A model generated the notes under the pieces. That model was not told where the DNA came from. It saw nothing but the letters and a program-made list of their open reading frames with translations, and made no database searches. From contig JAAZXY010000005.1 in the NCBI GenBank assembly GCA_014239855.1, positions 12,267 to 76,266 of the forward strand: a stretch of DNA of 64,000 nucleotides, in the 5' to 3' direction. The stretch is from Acidimicrobiales bacterium (lineage in GTDB: Bacteria > Actinomycetota > Acidimicrobiia > Acidimicrobiales > MedAcidi-G1). This document shows, piece by piece, positions 50,588-59,538 of this stretch (positions are counted from its first letter, which is position 1; the number at the start of each line of letters is the position of its first letter). The translations under genes were made by a program, and so were the position numbers.

Positions 50588-51102
50588 CGACCCGTTCCCT
50601 TCATGGCCGCCGCCACCGTCGCCCGCCGGGTGGGCGGCACCATGGCCAGGTGACAGAGGGCCACGGCCACCGCATCGGCCGCGTCGACCGGACGCAGCGG
50701 AGTGGTCAGGCCCAGTTGACCCCGGACCATCTGTTCCACCTGGTCCTTGTCGGCGCCACCCCAGCCGGCCACCGCGTTCTTCACCTCGTTGGGCGAATAG
50801 AGCGTCACCGGACACCCGGCGGTCGCCGCAGCGGCCATGGCGACCCCCGAGGCCTGTCCCGTCTGCATGGCGGAACGGACGTTGACCTGGAAGAGGACCC
50901 GCTCGACGGCCACCTCGTCGGGTCGGTACTCGTCGACCAACGCCGCCACCTCGCGATGGAGCTCGGCCAGACGAATCGCCGTGTCGGCTCCCGGGTCGGT
51001 CCGGATGACCCCGGCGGCGACGGCTTCGAGACGACGCCCGGCACGCGACACCACGCCGTAGCCACAACGGGTCAGACCCGGGTCGATCCCCAGAACGAAC
51101 AT
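50584..51102 (-). CDS. ruvC: crossover junction endodeoxyribonuclease RuvC
   Basis: ORF track 172 aa. VLGIDPGLTRCGYG, VAVERVLFQ, PVDAADAVAVALCH. Confidence 0.95.
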   Translation of the reverse strand: MFVLGIDPGLTRCGYGVVSRAGRRLEAVAAGVIRTDPGADTAIRLAELHREVAALVDEYRPDEVAVERVLFQVNVRSAMQTGQASGVAMAAAATAGCPVTLYSPNEVKNAVAGWGGADKDQVEQMVRGQLGLTTPLRPVDAADAVAVALCHLAMVPPTRRATVAAAMKGTGR

Positions 51103-51171
51103 GTGTACGACTCTAGCGGTGGCCGCCCCGATGATCGGTGCACCCCGTGTCCCCGGCTCTTCAGCAACAGG

Positions 51172-51930
51172 TCAGGCGTCGAGCCCCTCGAGAATCTCGA
51201 GGACCTCGGCAGGAATGTCGAAGTTGGCGTGCACGTCCTGGACGTCGTCGTTGTCGTCGAGCAGGTCCATGACCCGGAGCACGGCCCGGGCCTGCTCAAC
51301 GGAATCCAACGCCACCGACGTGGTGGCCAGCATCGTGACGTCCGCGTTCAGGAACGACACCTCGGCCGCCTCCAGAGCCTCGCGGACCGAAGGGAGATCG
51401 GTGGCCTCGCACGTCAGTCGCCAGGTCCCGTCATCGTCGACCAGGTCCTCGGCTCCGGCGTCCAGCGCAGCGACCATGATCTCGTCCTCGTCGACCGAGC
51501 CGTCCAGCAGGACCACGCCCTTGCGTTCGAACTGCCAGGCCACCGATCCGGGTTCGGCCAGCGAACCGCCGTTCTTGGTCAGGAGGGATCGCACCTCCGA
51601 GCCGGTCCGGTTCCGGTTGTCGGTCAGGGTCTCCACGTAGAGGGCCACACCGTGGGGGGCGTACCCCTCGTAGGTGATGGTCTCGTAGTCGACCCCCTCC
51701 AGTTCACCGGTGCCGCGCTTGACGGCCCGCTCGATGGTGTCGAGGGGCACCGAGGCGTCACGGGCCTTCTGGAACATGGTCCGCAGCGTCGGGTTGGAAT
51801 CGGGGTCACCGCCGCCCTGCCGGGCCGACACCTCGACCTGCTTGATGAGCTTGGCGAAGAGCTTGCCGCGCTTGGCGTCGGCCGCGCCCTTCTTGTGCTT
51901 GATGGTCGCCCACTTGGAATGGCCCGACAT
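51172..51930 (-). CDS. yebC: YebC/PmpR family DNA-binding transcriptional regulator
   Basis: ORF 51172..52119 trimmed to ATG 51930 (MSGHSKWATIKHKKGAADAKRGKLF). Confidence 0.95.
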   Translation of the reverse strand: MSGHSKWATIKHKKGAADAKRGKLFAKLIKQVEVSARQGGGDPDSNPTLRTMFQKARDASVPLDTIERAVKRGTGELEGVDYETITYEGYAPHGVALYVETLTDNRNRTGSEVRSLLTKNGGSLAEPGSVAWQFERKGVVLLDGSVDEDEIMVAALDAGAEDLVDDDGTWRLTCEATDLPSVREALEAAEVSFLNADVTMLATTSVALDSVEQARAVLRVMDLLDDNDDVQDVHANFDIPAEVLEILEGLDA

Positions 51931-51973
51931 GTCGCGCTCCGTCTCGTCTCGTCTACCTGATGCCGGTAGCTGG

Positions 51974-52549
51974 TCAGGCGTCGAACGCCATGTCCAGGAA
52001 CCGCCCGTGGATGCGCCCGTCTCCGGCCATCTCAGGATGGAAGGATGCCACCACGACGGACCCTTGGCTGCACAGCACCGGCCGACCGTCCACGGTGGCC
52101 AGCACCTCGACGCCGTCACCCACCCGGTCGACCACCGGGGCCCGGATGAACACCCCGTGGAAGGGCTCGTCGAGGTCGGTCACGTCCAGGTCGGATTCGA
52201 AGGAATCGACCTGCCGCCCGTACCCGTTGCGTCGTACGTCGATGTCGATCGCCGCGAACGACCGTTGGTCGGGGCGGCCATCGGCCACGTGAGCGGCCAG
52301 CAGGATCATTCCGGCACAGGTACCCAGAACCGGCATCCCGCCGGAGATCCGATCAGCCACCTCGTCACGCAGGCCCGACGAGTCGAGCAGCATCGACATG
52401 GTCGTCGACTCGCCTCCCGGCAGTACCAGGGCGTCCACGTCGGAGAGTTCGTCGGCGGTACGCACCTCGGTGCCCGAGACGCCCAGGTCGCCCAGCATCT
52501 GGACGTGACGGGCGAACGCTCCCTGGAGAGCCAGAACCCCGACCTTCAT
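51974..52549 (-). CDS. pdxT: pyridoxal 5'-phosphate synthase glutaminase subunit PdxT
   Basis: ORF 51974..52867 trimmed to ATG 52549 (MKVGVLALQGAF). LPGGESTT, GTCAGMILL, SFHPE. Confidence 0.94.
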   Translation of the reverse strand: MKVGVLALQGAFARHVQMLGDLGVSGTEVRTADELSDVDALVLPGGESTTMSMLLDSSGLRDEVADRISGGMPVLGTCAGMILLAAHVADGRPDQRSFAAIDIDVRRNGYGRQVDSFESDLDVTDLDEPFHGVFIRAPVVDRVGDGVEVLATVDGRPVLCSQGSVVVASFHPEMAGDGRIHGRFLDMAFDA

Positions 52550-52595
52550 CGCCCGATCTCCGCGCGAGGGTGCGGGCCCATTGGCGACCGGTCGA

Positions 52596-53486
52596 CTACC
52601 AGCCGCGATCGGCCAGGCGGGTCTCCAGCTGGCCGATCTCCAGACCCGGCATGGCGCTCCCGAGGCCCCGGCTGACCTTGGCCAGCATGGTGGGATCCTC
52701 GAAGTTGGTGGCCGCCTCGACAATGGCCCGGGCCCGGGGCGCCGGATCGTCGCTCTTGAAGATGCCCGAACCCACGAACACCGACTGGGCACCCAACTGC
52801 ATGACCAGCGCCGCGTCGGCGGGCGTGGCGATGCCTCCCGCGCAGAACATGGGGACCGGCAGGACACCGGTCTCGGCGATCTCCTGGATCAGCGGAAGCG
52901 GGGCCTGCAGGCGCTTGGCCCAGTCGAACAACTCGGCCTGGTCGGCCTGGGTGATCCGGCGCATGTCGCCGAGGATCGAGCGGAGGTGGCGGACGGCCTC
53001 GACGATGTTGCCGGTGCCCGCTTCGCCCTTGGAGCGGATCAGGCAGGCGCCCTCCGAGATCCGTCGCAGTGCCTCTCCGAGGTTGGTCGCCCCGCACACG
53101 AACGGCACGTCGAACGCCCACTTGTCGATGTGGTGGGCCTCGTCGGCCGGCGTGAGGACCTCGCTCTCGTCGACGTAGTCCACGCCGAGCGCCTGGAGGA
53201 TCTGGGCCTCGGCGAAGTGGCCGATGCGGGCCTTGGCCATCACCGGGATGGTCACGACCTCCTTGATGCCCTCGATCATCTCCGGATCGGACATGCGGGC
53301 CACGCCGCCGTCCCGACGGATGTCGGAAGGCACCCGCTCGAGCGCCATCACGGCGACCGCTCCGGCATCCTCGGCGATCTTGGCCTGGACGGGGTCGACC
53401 ACGTCCATGATCACGCCGCCCTTGAGCATCTCGGCTAGTCCGCGCTTCACCAACTGGGTCCCGGTCGATCGGGTCACGTCACTCAT
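52596..53486 (-). CDS. pdxS: pyridoxal 5'-phosphate synthase lyase subunit PdxS
   Basis: ORF track 296 aa. [44 protein letters not shown]. Confidence 0.97.
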   Translation of the reverse strand: MSDVTRSTGTQLVKRGLAEMLKGGVIMDVVDPVQAKIAEDAGAVAVMALERVPSDIRRDGGVARMSDPEMIEGIKEVVTIPVMAKARIGHFAEAQILQALGVDYVDESEVLTPADEAHHIDKWAFDVPFVCGATNLGEALRRISEGACLIRSKGEAGTGNIVEAVRHLRSILGDMRRITQADQAELFDWAKRLQAPLPLIQEIAETGVLPVPMFCAGGIATPADAALVMQLGAQSVFVGSGIFKSDDPAPRARAIVEAATNFEDPTMLAKVSRGLGSAMPGLEIGQLETRLADRGW

Positions 53487-53493
53487 GGCGCGG

Positions 53494-53499
53494 AGTCTA
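53494..53499 (-). promoter_or_regulatory. candidate -10 box TAGACT, 7 nt before the pdxS ATG (leaderless candidate)
   Basis: Sense TCGTAGACTCCGCGCCATG. No SD is present. Confidence 0.4.
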
Positions 53500-53546
53500 C
53501 GAAGGGCGGGCCGACGAGCGCGTGTCGGAAATCTTTTCGGAGTGGC

Positions 53547-54767
53547 TCAGCCGACGAGTTCGGCGATGCGTGCCGGATCCAGGAGGACGCCTTCACCCAG
53601 TCGGGCCAGCGCCACCCAGGTTCGGCCCGGTCGCAGGTTCACCCGGTCACCGGTGTCGTCGTCGGCCAGGGACCAACGGTCGGCGGTGAACGGTCGGCTC
53701 CACGTCACGCCGGTGATGGTGCCGTCGCGGAGCAGCCAGCCATCGCCGGATCCGGTCGAGATGGCCTGGGGCGACTCGAGGTCGGCGTCCGACATCCGGT
53801 AGTCCACGTACAGGACGAGCACGTTGTCGGCAGCAAGTTGCACGCCGGTCTCGTCGAGCAGGGGTGCTCCCCGGTGGAACCGCAGCCAGCGGGCCGCCGC
53901 GTGGTCCCAGACCCAGTCGATCTCCCGACGGGGCGTCCGCCATCCGATGCCCCTGGTGGTCACCGCGGAGGACGGCAGCGGACCGAAGTCGAACATGGCG
54001 TCGGGTGCGCTTCCGTCGGCCGAGGCGACCAGCGCCGCGGCGTCCAGGAACCCGTTGTAGGGGGCCTCACCCCGGGCCTCGTCGCGGAAGAAGAACGCCT
54101 GACCCTCACCGTTGGTGCTGACCGGAACGAACGTGCCCTGGCGCTCGGCCTCGGCCACCTCGTCGCCCACGCCCCGGTTGCTGCCCCAGTAGGCGAAGAC
54201 GGGGCGGTTCAGGTTGCCGATGAGATCGATGTCGCTGGACCGGGCCGAGCGCACCAGCCCCACCGAGAGCGGGACCTCGCTCTGGAAGACGGCGAGAAAG
54301 CGGGTCACCCCGTTCTCGATGTGCGTCTCGTAGACCACGTCGGCCGACTGGATGCCCATCTGCGGCAACGACTTGGTGTCGTTGTTGCCGATCTTGACGG
54401 CCAGCGCCGGACGGTGGGCCACCCCGTCGACGGCCGGCAGGCCGGTGAGCGGGTGGACCGCGCCGGTCCACCCGGTGATGGTCGTGGTGGTCGGCGTCCC
54501 GATCGTGGTGGCCGGTGCGCCGTCGCCACCCGATCCTTCGTCGGTACCGGCGCTGCTGCCGGTCGTCTCGTCGTCAGCGGCGGGCTCGGAGGTACCGGCG
54601 GGGGCGACGGTGGTGGACCCGATGGTGCCCAGCGTCGGCGCCGGGGCCTCGGTCCCTCCACCGAACCCGCACCCGGCCGTGCCCAACAGGCCGACCAGCA
54701 GGAAGGCCAGCAGGACCGCCAGTAGGCGGAACTGCCGCACGCCAGCGACGCCGCGTCGGGACCTCAC
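53547..54767 (-). CDS. DUF3048-family secreted lipoprotein
   Basis: ORF track 406 aa (GTG start). Signal peptide with lipobox LLGTAGC, a Thr/Gly/Ala-rich linker, then RPALAVKIGN...ADVVYE...GVTRFLAVF...SARSSD, which is typical of DUF3048. Confidence 0.75.
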   Translation of the reverse strand: MRSRRGVAGVRQFRLLAVLLAFLLVGLLGTAGCGFGGGTEAPAPTLGTIGSTTVAPAGTSEPAADDETTGSSAGTDEGSGGDGAPATTIGTPTTTTITGWTGAVHPLTGLPAVDGVAHRPALAVKIGNNDTKSLPQMGIQSADVVYETHIENGVTRFLAVFQSEVPLSVGLVRSARSSDIDLIGNLNRPVFAYWGSNRGVGDEVAEAERQGTFVPVSTNGEGQAFFFRDEARGEAPYNGFLDAAALVASADGSAPDAMFDFGPLPSSAVTTRGIGWRTPRREIDWVWDHAAARWLRFHRGAPLLDETGVQLAADNVLVLYVDYRMSDADLESPQAISTGSGDGWLLRDGTITGVTWSRPFTADRWSLADDDTGDRVNLRPGRTWVALARLGEGVLLDPARIAELVG

Positions 54768-55498
54768 CGCTCGGCCAGGGCGGCGATCCGCACGTCGACC
54801 GGCGGATGGTCGGCGGTGGCCACATCGGTCCTGCCGTCGGGCTGCAGCAACCAGAGACGAGCGGTTGCCGCCGGTGCATCGACCGCCGCGCCGAGTTCCG
54901 ACAACCCTCGGAGCGCCTCCTGCATTCCCGGCGGGAAACGAGTCAGATCAGCACCATCGAAGTCCGTGCGGACCATCCGGTCGGGGCCGGTGCCCGATGC
55001 CGAACGGCCGAAACCGCCACGCCCGAGGGAGGGGAACCGGCCGAGTGCGACCGCCGTGGTCTCGCCACGGAGTCCGCCATCAGCGCATCGCACCAGCAGG
55101 TGGGCGACCAGGGCCTCGAGTTCGACGAGGGTGAGGCGGTCGGCGGCCCCGGTGGTCAGGACGATCGACGCCCCATCCCGACCCGCCATGGCCAGTGCAT
55201 TGCCGGCCGAAGAATCCAGGACGAACACGTCGGGGCGCCCGATGCCATGCGTCAGGCAGAGACCGTCCACCGTGTTGTGCAGGCGGGGAAACTCGCCGGC
55301 CCGGGCCGGTCGGGCACCGATGGTGCGTCGGAGCATGCCTTCGGCCCGGCGGGTGACCACGGCCGCCATACCCACCCCGACGACGACGCCGATCACCACG
55401 GCGACCGGCAGCGGGACGCCGATCAGGGAGCCCACGATCGTCAGGCAGAGGCCGACGAGCAGGGCAGGCACGAGGATCGGGTGACGGAGCAGCGACAT
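54764..55498 (-). CDS. M48/HtpX-like membrane protein with degenerate active site (pseudo-peptidase)
   Basis: ORF track 244 aa. Two N-terminal TM segments. RLHNTVDGLCLTHGIGRPDVFVLDSSAGNALAMAG...LVELEALVAHLLVRC...DHPPVDVRIAAL mirrors the HtpX order (PNAFA, HExxH, HPPxxxRI), but HExxH is HLLVR. Confidence 0.7.
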   Translation of the reverse strand: MSLLRHPILVPALLVGLCLTIVGSLIGVPLPVAVVIGVVVGVGMAAVVTRRAEGMLRRTIGARPARAGEFPRLHNTVDGLCLTHGIGRPDVFVLDSSAGNALAMAGRDGASIVLTTGAADRLTLVELEALVAHLLVRCADGGLRGETTAVALGRFPSLGRGGFGRSASGTGPDRMVRTDFDGADLTRFPPGMQEALRGLSELGAAVDAPAATARLWLLQPDGRTDVATADHPPVDVRIAALAER

Positions 55499-55533
55499 GG
55501 ACGACCGGCGGTTTCGTGGACGGGAGGAGACGG

Positions 55534-56637
55534 TCAGCCCGGACCGGATGACCGACCAGCATGATACGCGCCGACCACCGAGGAATAGGCCTCGAGGTAC
55601 CGGTCGGCCAGTCGGCGCATCGAGAACTCCTCGGCGCGCTCTCGCCCGCTGGCCACCAACCGGGCGGCGAGGACCGGGTCGGCGAGGACCTTGGCGATGG
55701 CCGCCCCCAGCGCCTCGGCGTCACCGGCGGGAACCAGCAGGGCATCGTCGCCACCGCGTGCCACCTTGGCGTAGCCCGGAATGTCGCTGGCCACCACCGG
55801 GGTGTCACAGGCCATTCCCTCGAGCAGCACCACCCCGAACGACTCGCCCCGCAGGGACGGGGCACAGAAGACGTCCGCCCCCCGGATCCTCGCCGTCCGC
55901 TCCTCATCGGAGATACGACCCAGCCACTGGACCCGGGCATCGCCGGCCATCCGGGCCCGCAACTCGTCGGTCTCCGGGCCGTCGCCGGCCACCCAGAGTC
56001 GAACATCGGAACCCAGCACGGCCATGGCGTCGAGCAGCACCGCCAGGCCCTTGCGGGGCTCGTGGCGACCGATGAAGAAGACGGTCGGACCTTCGGTGGG
56101 CCACGGCGCCACCTCCCGACTCCGCTGGACCTCCACACCGTTGAACAGGATCTCGTACTCGCCCCCCAGCGAGTCATGGGCCATGGCCGCCGCATCATCG
56201 GACACCGCGAACACCCGGTCCATGCGTCGACTCAGCCACCGGACCGGGCGATTCAGGAGGTCGTAGGCGAGGCTCCCCCCGGCCGCGTGGAACGTCCCCA
56301 CCATGGGCGACTGGGCCAGGAAGAGCGCCGTGGTGGTCGGCCCGGGGGCCAGAGGTTCGTGCAGGTGGAGGATGTCGAACTCCTCGTCACGCAGGGTCCG
56401 GATGGTCCGCAACGCGCACGACACGTCCGGGGCGATGGGGGCCATCGAGCCGTTGGCCGCCGTGGGGAGGCTGTCTCCCAGCGGGGTAACCCCGGCGTCG
56501 GGCGGCGGGCCGTCACAGGGGCCCAGCACCCGGGTGGAATGGCCAGCGGCCCGGAGCACCCGGGCCAGGCCCAGGACCTGGCCCTGGACCCCGCCCGGCA
56601 GGGTCAGGCTGTAGGGGCAGATCAGGCCGATTCGCAC
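55534..56637 (-). CDS. pimA: GT4 glycosyltransferase, phosphatidylinositol alpha-mannosyltransferase PimA-like
   Basis: ORF 55534..56685 trimmed to GTG 56637 (VRIGLICPYSLTLPGGVQGQV matches PimA N-termini). ESFGVVLLEGMACDTPVVAS. Operon context with pgsA and an acyltransferase. Confidence 0.85.
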   Translation of the reverse strand: MRIGLICPYSLTLPGGVQGQVLGLARVLRAAGHSTRVLGPCDGPPPDAGVTPLGDSLPTAANGSMAPIAPDVSCALRTIRTLRDEEFDILHLHEPLAPGPTTTALFLAQSPMVGTFHAAGGSLAYDLLNRPVRWLSRRMDRVFAVSDDAAAMAHDSLGGEYEILFNGVEVQRSREVAPWPTEGPTVFFIGRHEPRKGLAVLLDAMAVLGSDVRLWVAGDGPETDELRARMAGDARVQWLGRISDEERTARIRGADVFCAPSLRGESFGVVLLEGMACDTPVVASDIPGYAKVARGGDDALLVPAGDAEALGAAIAKVLADPVLAARLVASGRERAEEFSMRRLADRYLEAYSSVVGAYHAGRSSGPG

Positions 56638-57521
56638 GGGGCGCCCTTCCGGTCCGATGGCCAGTTCGGTTGCAGGAGATGCCACTGCTCAGGTTCGGCA
56701 GCGATGAGCACCTCCAACTCGGCGGCCAGCGCACGGGTCACCCTCGTCACGTCGTCCCGTAGCCGGCCTTCGCGTCGGGCTTCGACCGGGGGACGAACCA
56801 CACCGTGACAACCACCCGGGTGGTCGTAGATGGCAATGGGCAGCAGAACGGCCCCCGTCCGCAGGGCCAGGGTGGCCGGACCGGCGGGCAGCATCGTGAC
56901 CTCGCCGAAGAACTCGACCTCCACGCCCGCTCCCCCGACGTGCCGGTCGCTGGGGAGACACACCGCCCGGTTCTCACGGAGCATGGCCATGGTCTCAGTG
57001 CCGGCCCCCGGGCCGAGACCCACCACCTTCATCCCGAGGGACGTCCGGAAGCTCCGGTACCAGTCGAAGAGTTCCGGGGGCTCCAGCGACTCCACCACGC
57101 ACCCCACGGGAACGTCGTGATGCAGGGTCAGCCAGTGGGCGGCCCACTCCCAACTGCCGAGGTGCGGCATGGCCATGATGACCCCGTTGCCCGCCTCGAG
57201 CCCCTCGGCGATCCGTTCGTAGCCCTCCTCGGTGAAGCCGGAGATGATCTCCTCGGGGGTCATCGACGGCAGCCGGAAGCTCTGCAGGTAGTAGTCGGCG
57301 TAGGAGGCGAACACCAGGTCCACCGATTGCCGCAGACGGCGACCGGTCAGCTCCGGCCCACGGACCCGACGCAGGTTGCGTTCCACCAACCGACGACGGT
57401 CCCGGTCGAGGTGGCCGACGATGCGGCCCACGGCCCGGGCCACGGGCACCGAGACCACCGGGGGCACGATGTGGGCCGCCGCCGAGGCGATGCGGAAGGC
57501 GTGGACGATTCCCGGGGTCAT
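56622..57521 (-). CDS. LpxL/HtrB-family lysophospholipid (PIM) acyltransferase
   Basis: ORF 56622..57617 trimmed to ATG 57521 (MTPGIVHAF). MPHLGSWEWAAH acyltransferase motif. Same position as the mycobacterial PIM acyltransferase between pgsA1 and pimA. Confidence 0.82.
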   Translation of the reverse strand: MTPGIVHAFRIASAAAHIVPPVVSVPVARAVGRIVGHLDRDRRRLVERNLRRVRGPELTGRRLRQSVDLVFASYADYYLQSFRLPSMTPEEIISGFTEEGYERIAEGLEAGNGVIMAMPHLGSWEWAAHWLTLHHDVPVGCVVESLEPPELFDWYRSFRTSLGMKVVGLGPGAGTETMAMLRENRAVCLPSDRHVGGAGVEVEFFGEVTMLPAGPATLALRTGAVLLPIAIYDHPGGCHGVVRPPVEARREGRLRDDVTRVTRALAAELEVLIAAEPEQWHLLQPNWPSDRKGAPCESA

Positions 57522-57543
57522 GACCGGCCGGTTACCGGTTCGT

Positions 57544-58218
57544 TCAGTGGCTGGTCGGTCGGGTGCGGGCGCCGTGGCGTCGGCGACGCCCGATGCGCGA
57601 CTGCCGACGGCTCTCACGCCCGGCGGGCGCCACCCGGTCCGAGGTGGCCTGGCGCCACACCTTCACGAACCGCTGCACCGCGGTGACCAGACTGAGTACC
57701 AGCATCACCCAGAGCACGGGAACGAGGATCTCGAAGAACAGCAGTCCGAAGGCCAGCACGATGAATCGCTCGGCACGCTCCATCAGGCCGCCCTTGGCGT
57801 CGTAGCCCAGCGACTCGGCCTTGGCCCGCTGGTACGAGATGAACATCGCCGTGGCCATGATGGCCACCGGCAGCATCATCATCCGGTCGGTGCGCACGCT
57901 GGCCAGATGCCAGGCCACCCCACCGAACAGGAGGGCGTCGGTGAGCCGGTCGGCCACCGAGTCGAAATAGGCGCCGCGCGACGAGGCCGTTCCCGCGGCC
58001 TTGGCCACCGCCCCGTCGAGAGCGTCGGGTACACCGGTCAGCACCAGGAGCAGGAAGCCGAGACGCAGGTTGCCCATGCCGATGGCCACCGAGGCCCCGG
58101 CGGCCATGACGATGCCGATGACCGTGACGACGTCCGCGGAGATACCCGTTCGTTGCAGGCTCTGGCCAATGGGGGTGAGACCCCGATCGACCACGGTGCG
58201 CCAATTGCCATCCAGCAT
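57544..58218 (-). CDS. pgsA: CDP-alcohol phosphatidyltransferase (phosphatidylinositol-phosphate synthase-like)
   Basis: ORF track 224 aa. DALDGAVAKAAG...GAYFDSVADRLTD motif, multiple TM segments, basic C-terminal tail. Confidence 0.88.
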   Translation of the reverse strand: MLDGNWRTVVDRGLTPIGQSLQRTGISADVVTVIGIVMAAGASVAIGMGNLRLGFLLLVLTGVPDALDGAVAKAAGTASSRGAYFDSVADRLTDALLFGGVAWHLASVRTDRMMMLPVAIMATAMFISYQRAKAESLGYDAKGGLMERAERFIVLAFGLLFFEILVPVLWVMLVLSLVTAVQRFVKVWRQATSDRVAPAGRESRRQSRIGRRRRHGARTRPTSH

Positions 58219-58347
58219 GAGGGTTGCTCCCGTCAGACCCGGCGGGTCCCAGACCCCGGCAGGTTACCGGAGCCACGGCCGACCCTCGGGGTGCCGCCGG
58301 GCACCGGAGCTTCGACGGATCGACTGACGCACGGATTCGAGGCCGGG

Positions 58348-58890
58348 TCAGGACCAGTCTTCGGGATTGTCCTCGACGTGGGTGGCCACCATCTCGCCGT
58401 CGATCCCATCGACGAACACCAGGCCGCGGCGCTCAGGGGGCGACTCGTTCGAATACACCAGCACCCGCCACGTCGGGCGACTTCGCAGGCCACGCCAGGC
58501 CATCTGGGCCGACGCGTGGCCGACGGGAAAACCCACGGCCCGCACGGCGGCCACCAGCGCGTCGGCCTCGTCGACTTTCAGGCTCCAGCCGGCCTGCAGG
58601 TGGTAGAGGCCCACCAGGGCAAGCCCGATCGCTCCGGCAACCAGACCGCCATCGACCAGCGGTGAGCCGTCGGCCAACGCCACCACCGCCACGGTGACCG
58701 CGGCCGTCACCAGATAGATGACGCCGGGGATCCGTCGGCGGTCGTTGTCGGGGAACACGTAGGGCCCGACCAGACCGGCACCGCGCGCATCAAGGTCATC
58801 AGGCAGCGCGTCGCGGACCTCACCATCGATGGACAAGGGACCGTCGTCGGACACAGGCTGCTCCTCGACGGGTTCGGCGGTCTCGTTCAC
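58348..58890 (-). CDS. hypothetical membrane protein
   Basis: ORF track 180 aa (GTG start). Acidic N-terminus, two TM segments (VIYLVTAAVTVAVVAL, LVAGAIGLALVGLY) and a C-terminal globular part. I do not recognise a family. Confidence 0.55.
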   Translation of the reverse strand: MNETAEPVEEQPVSDDGPLSIDGEVRDALPDDLDARGAGLVGPYVFPDNDRRRIPGVIYLVTAAVTVAVVALADGSPLVDGGLVAGAIGLALVGLYHLQAGWSLKVDEADALVAAVRAVGFPVGHASAQMAWRGLRSRPTWRVLVYSNESPPERRGLVFVDGIDGEMVATHVEDNPEDWS

Positions 58891-58901
58891 GATCGGTGAA
58901 T

Positions 58902-59504
58902 CTACCGGCGACCGACCTCGGGGGATGCCCGTCGAGGCGTACGAGCCACGGCCACCGGGATCACCACACCGGCACCGGCCATCTGCAGTGCGACCACCGC
59001 GGCGTCCATGGTCGCGCCCGTGGTCACCACGTCATCGACCAGCACCACGATGGACCCCGCCCGGACGACACCCGACCGTGCCCGGAGTTCCGGACCCCGG
59101 CGACGCTCGACACCGGTCCGACCGGTCTGTTCCCGACCGGGAGCCCGTAGCAGCAGGCGGCGGACCGGGACCGCCGGCCGGTCGGCTCGCCCACAGCCAT
59201 GCAGCCGGCGCCGCCCACCCAGCGCCCGGCCGGTGGCTCTGGCCAGTATCCGCGCCTGGTCGACGCCTCGTCGTCCACGCCGGGCCACCGTGGTCGGCAC
59301 CCAGGTGACGACGTCGGGCACCACACCTGCAGCCAGTGCCAGTGCAGCGAGCCCCGCCCCGAGGTCAACCACATCTCGTCGGTCACCACCGAACTTCAGC
59401 GCCCGGACCTTTCGTCCCGCTTCGCCCCGGTAGGAACCGATCGTCGAGATGCGTTCGACCAACGCCCGCTTCCCCGAAACCGAGACCCGGCCAACGTCCG
59501 TCAT
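58902..59504 (-). CDS. ComF-family phosphoribosyltransferase-domain protein (short, no N-terminal Cys cluster)
   Basis: ORF track 200 aa. YRGEAGRKVRALKFGG, VVLVDDVVTTGATM PRTase motif. Confidence 0.7.
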   Translation of the reverse strand: MTDVGRVSVSGKRALVERISTIGSYRGEAGRKVRALKFGGDRRDVVDLGAGLAALALAAGVVPDVVTWVPTTVARRGRRGVDQARILARATGRALGGRRRLHGCGRADRPAVPVRRLLLRAPGREQTGRTGVERRRGPELRARSGVVRAGSIVVLVDDVVTTGATMDAAVVALQMAGAGVVIPVAVARTPRRASPEVGRR

Positions 59505-59511
59505 GAACCGG

Positions 59512-59517
59512 ACGCTA
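59512..59517 (-). promoter_or_regulatory. candidate -10 box TAGCGT, 7 nt before the ComF-like ATG (leaderless candidate)
   Basis: Sense CCGTAGCGTCCGGTTCATG. No SD is present. Confidence 0.4.
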
Positions 59518-59538
59518 CGGACGGGGTGTGACGGCCCC

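Noticed and set aside
55534-58218. The PIM operon itself as a novel system.
   Set aside because: The pgsA-acyltransferase-pimA arrangement is well known in mycobacteria. Only the two extra downstream genes are reported as findings.
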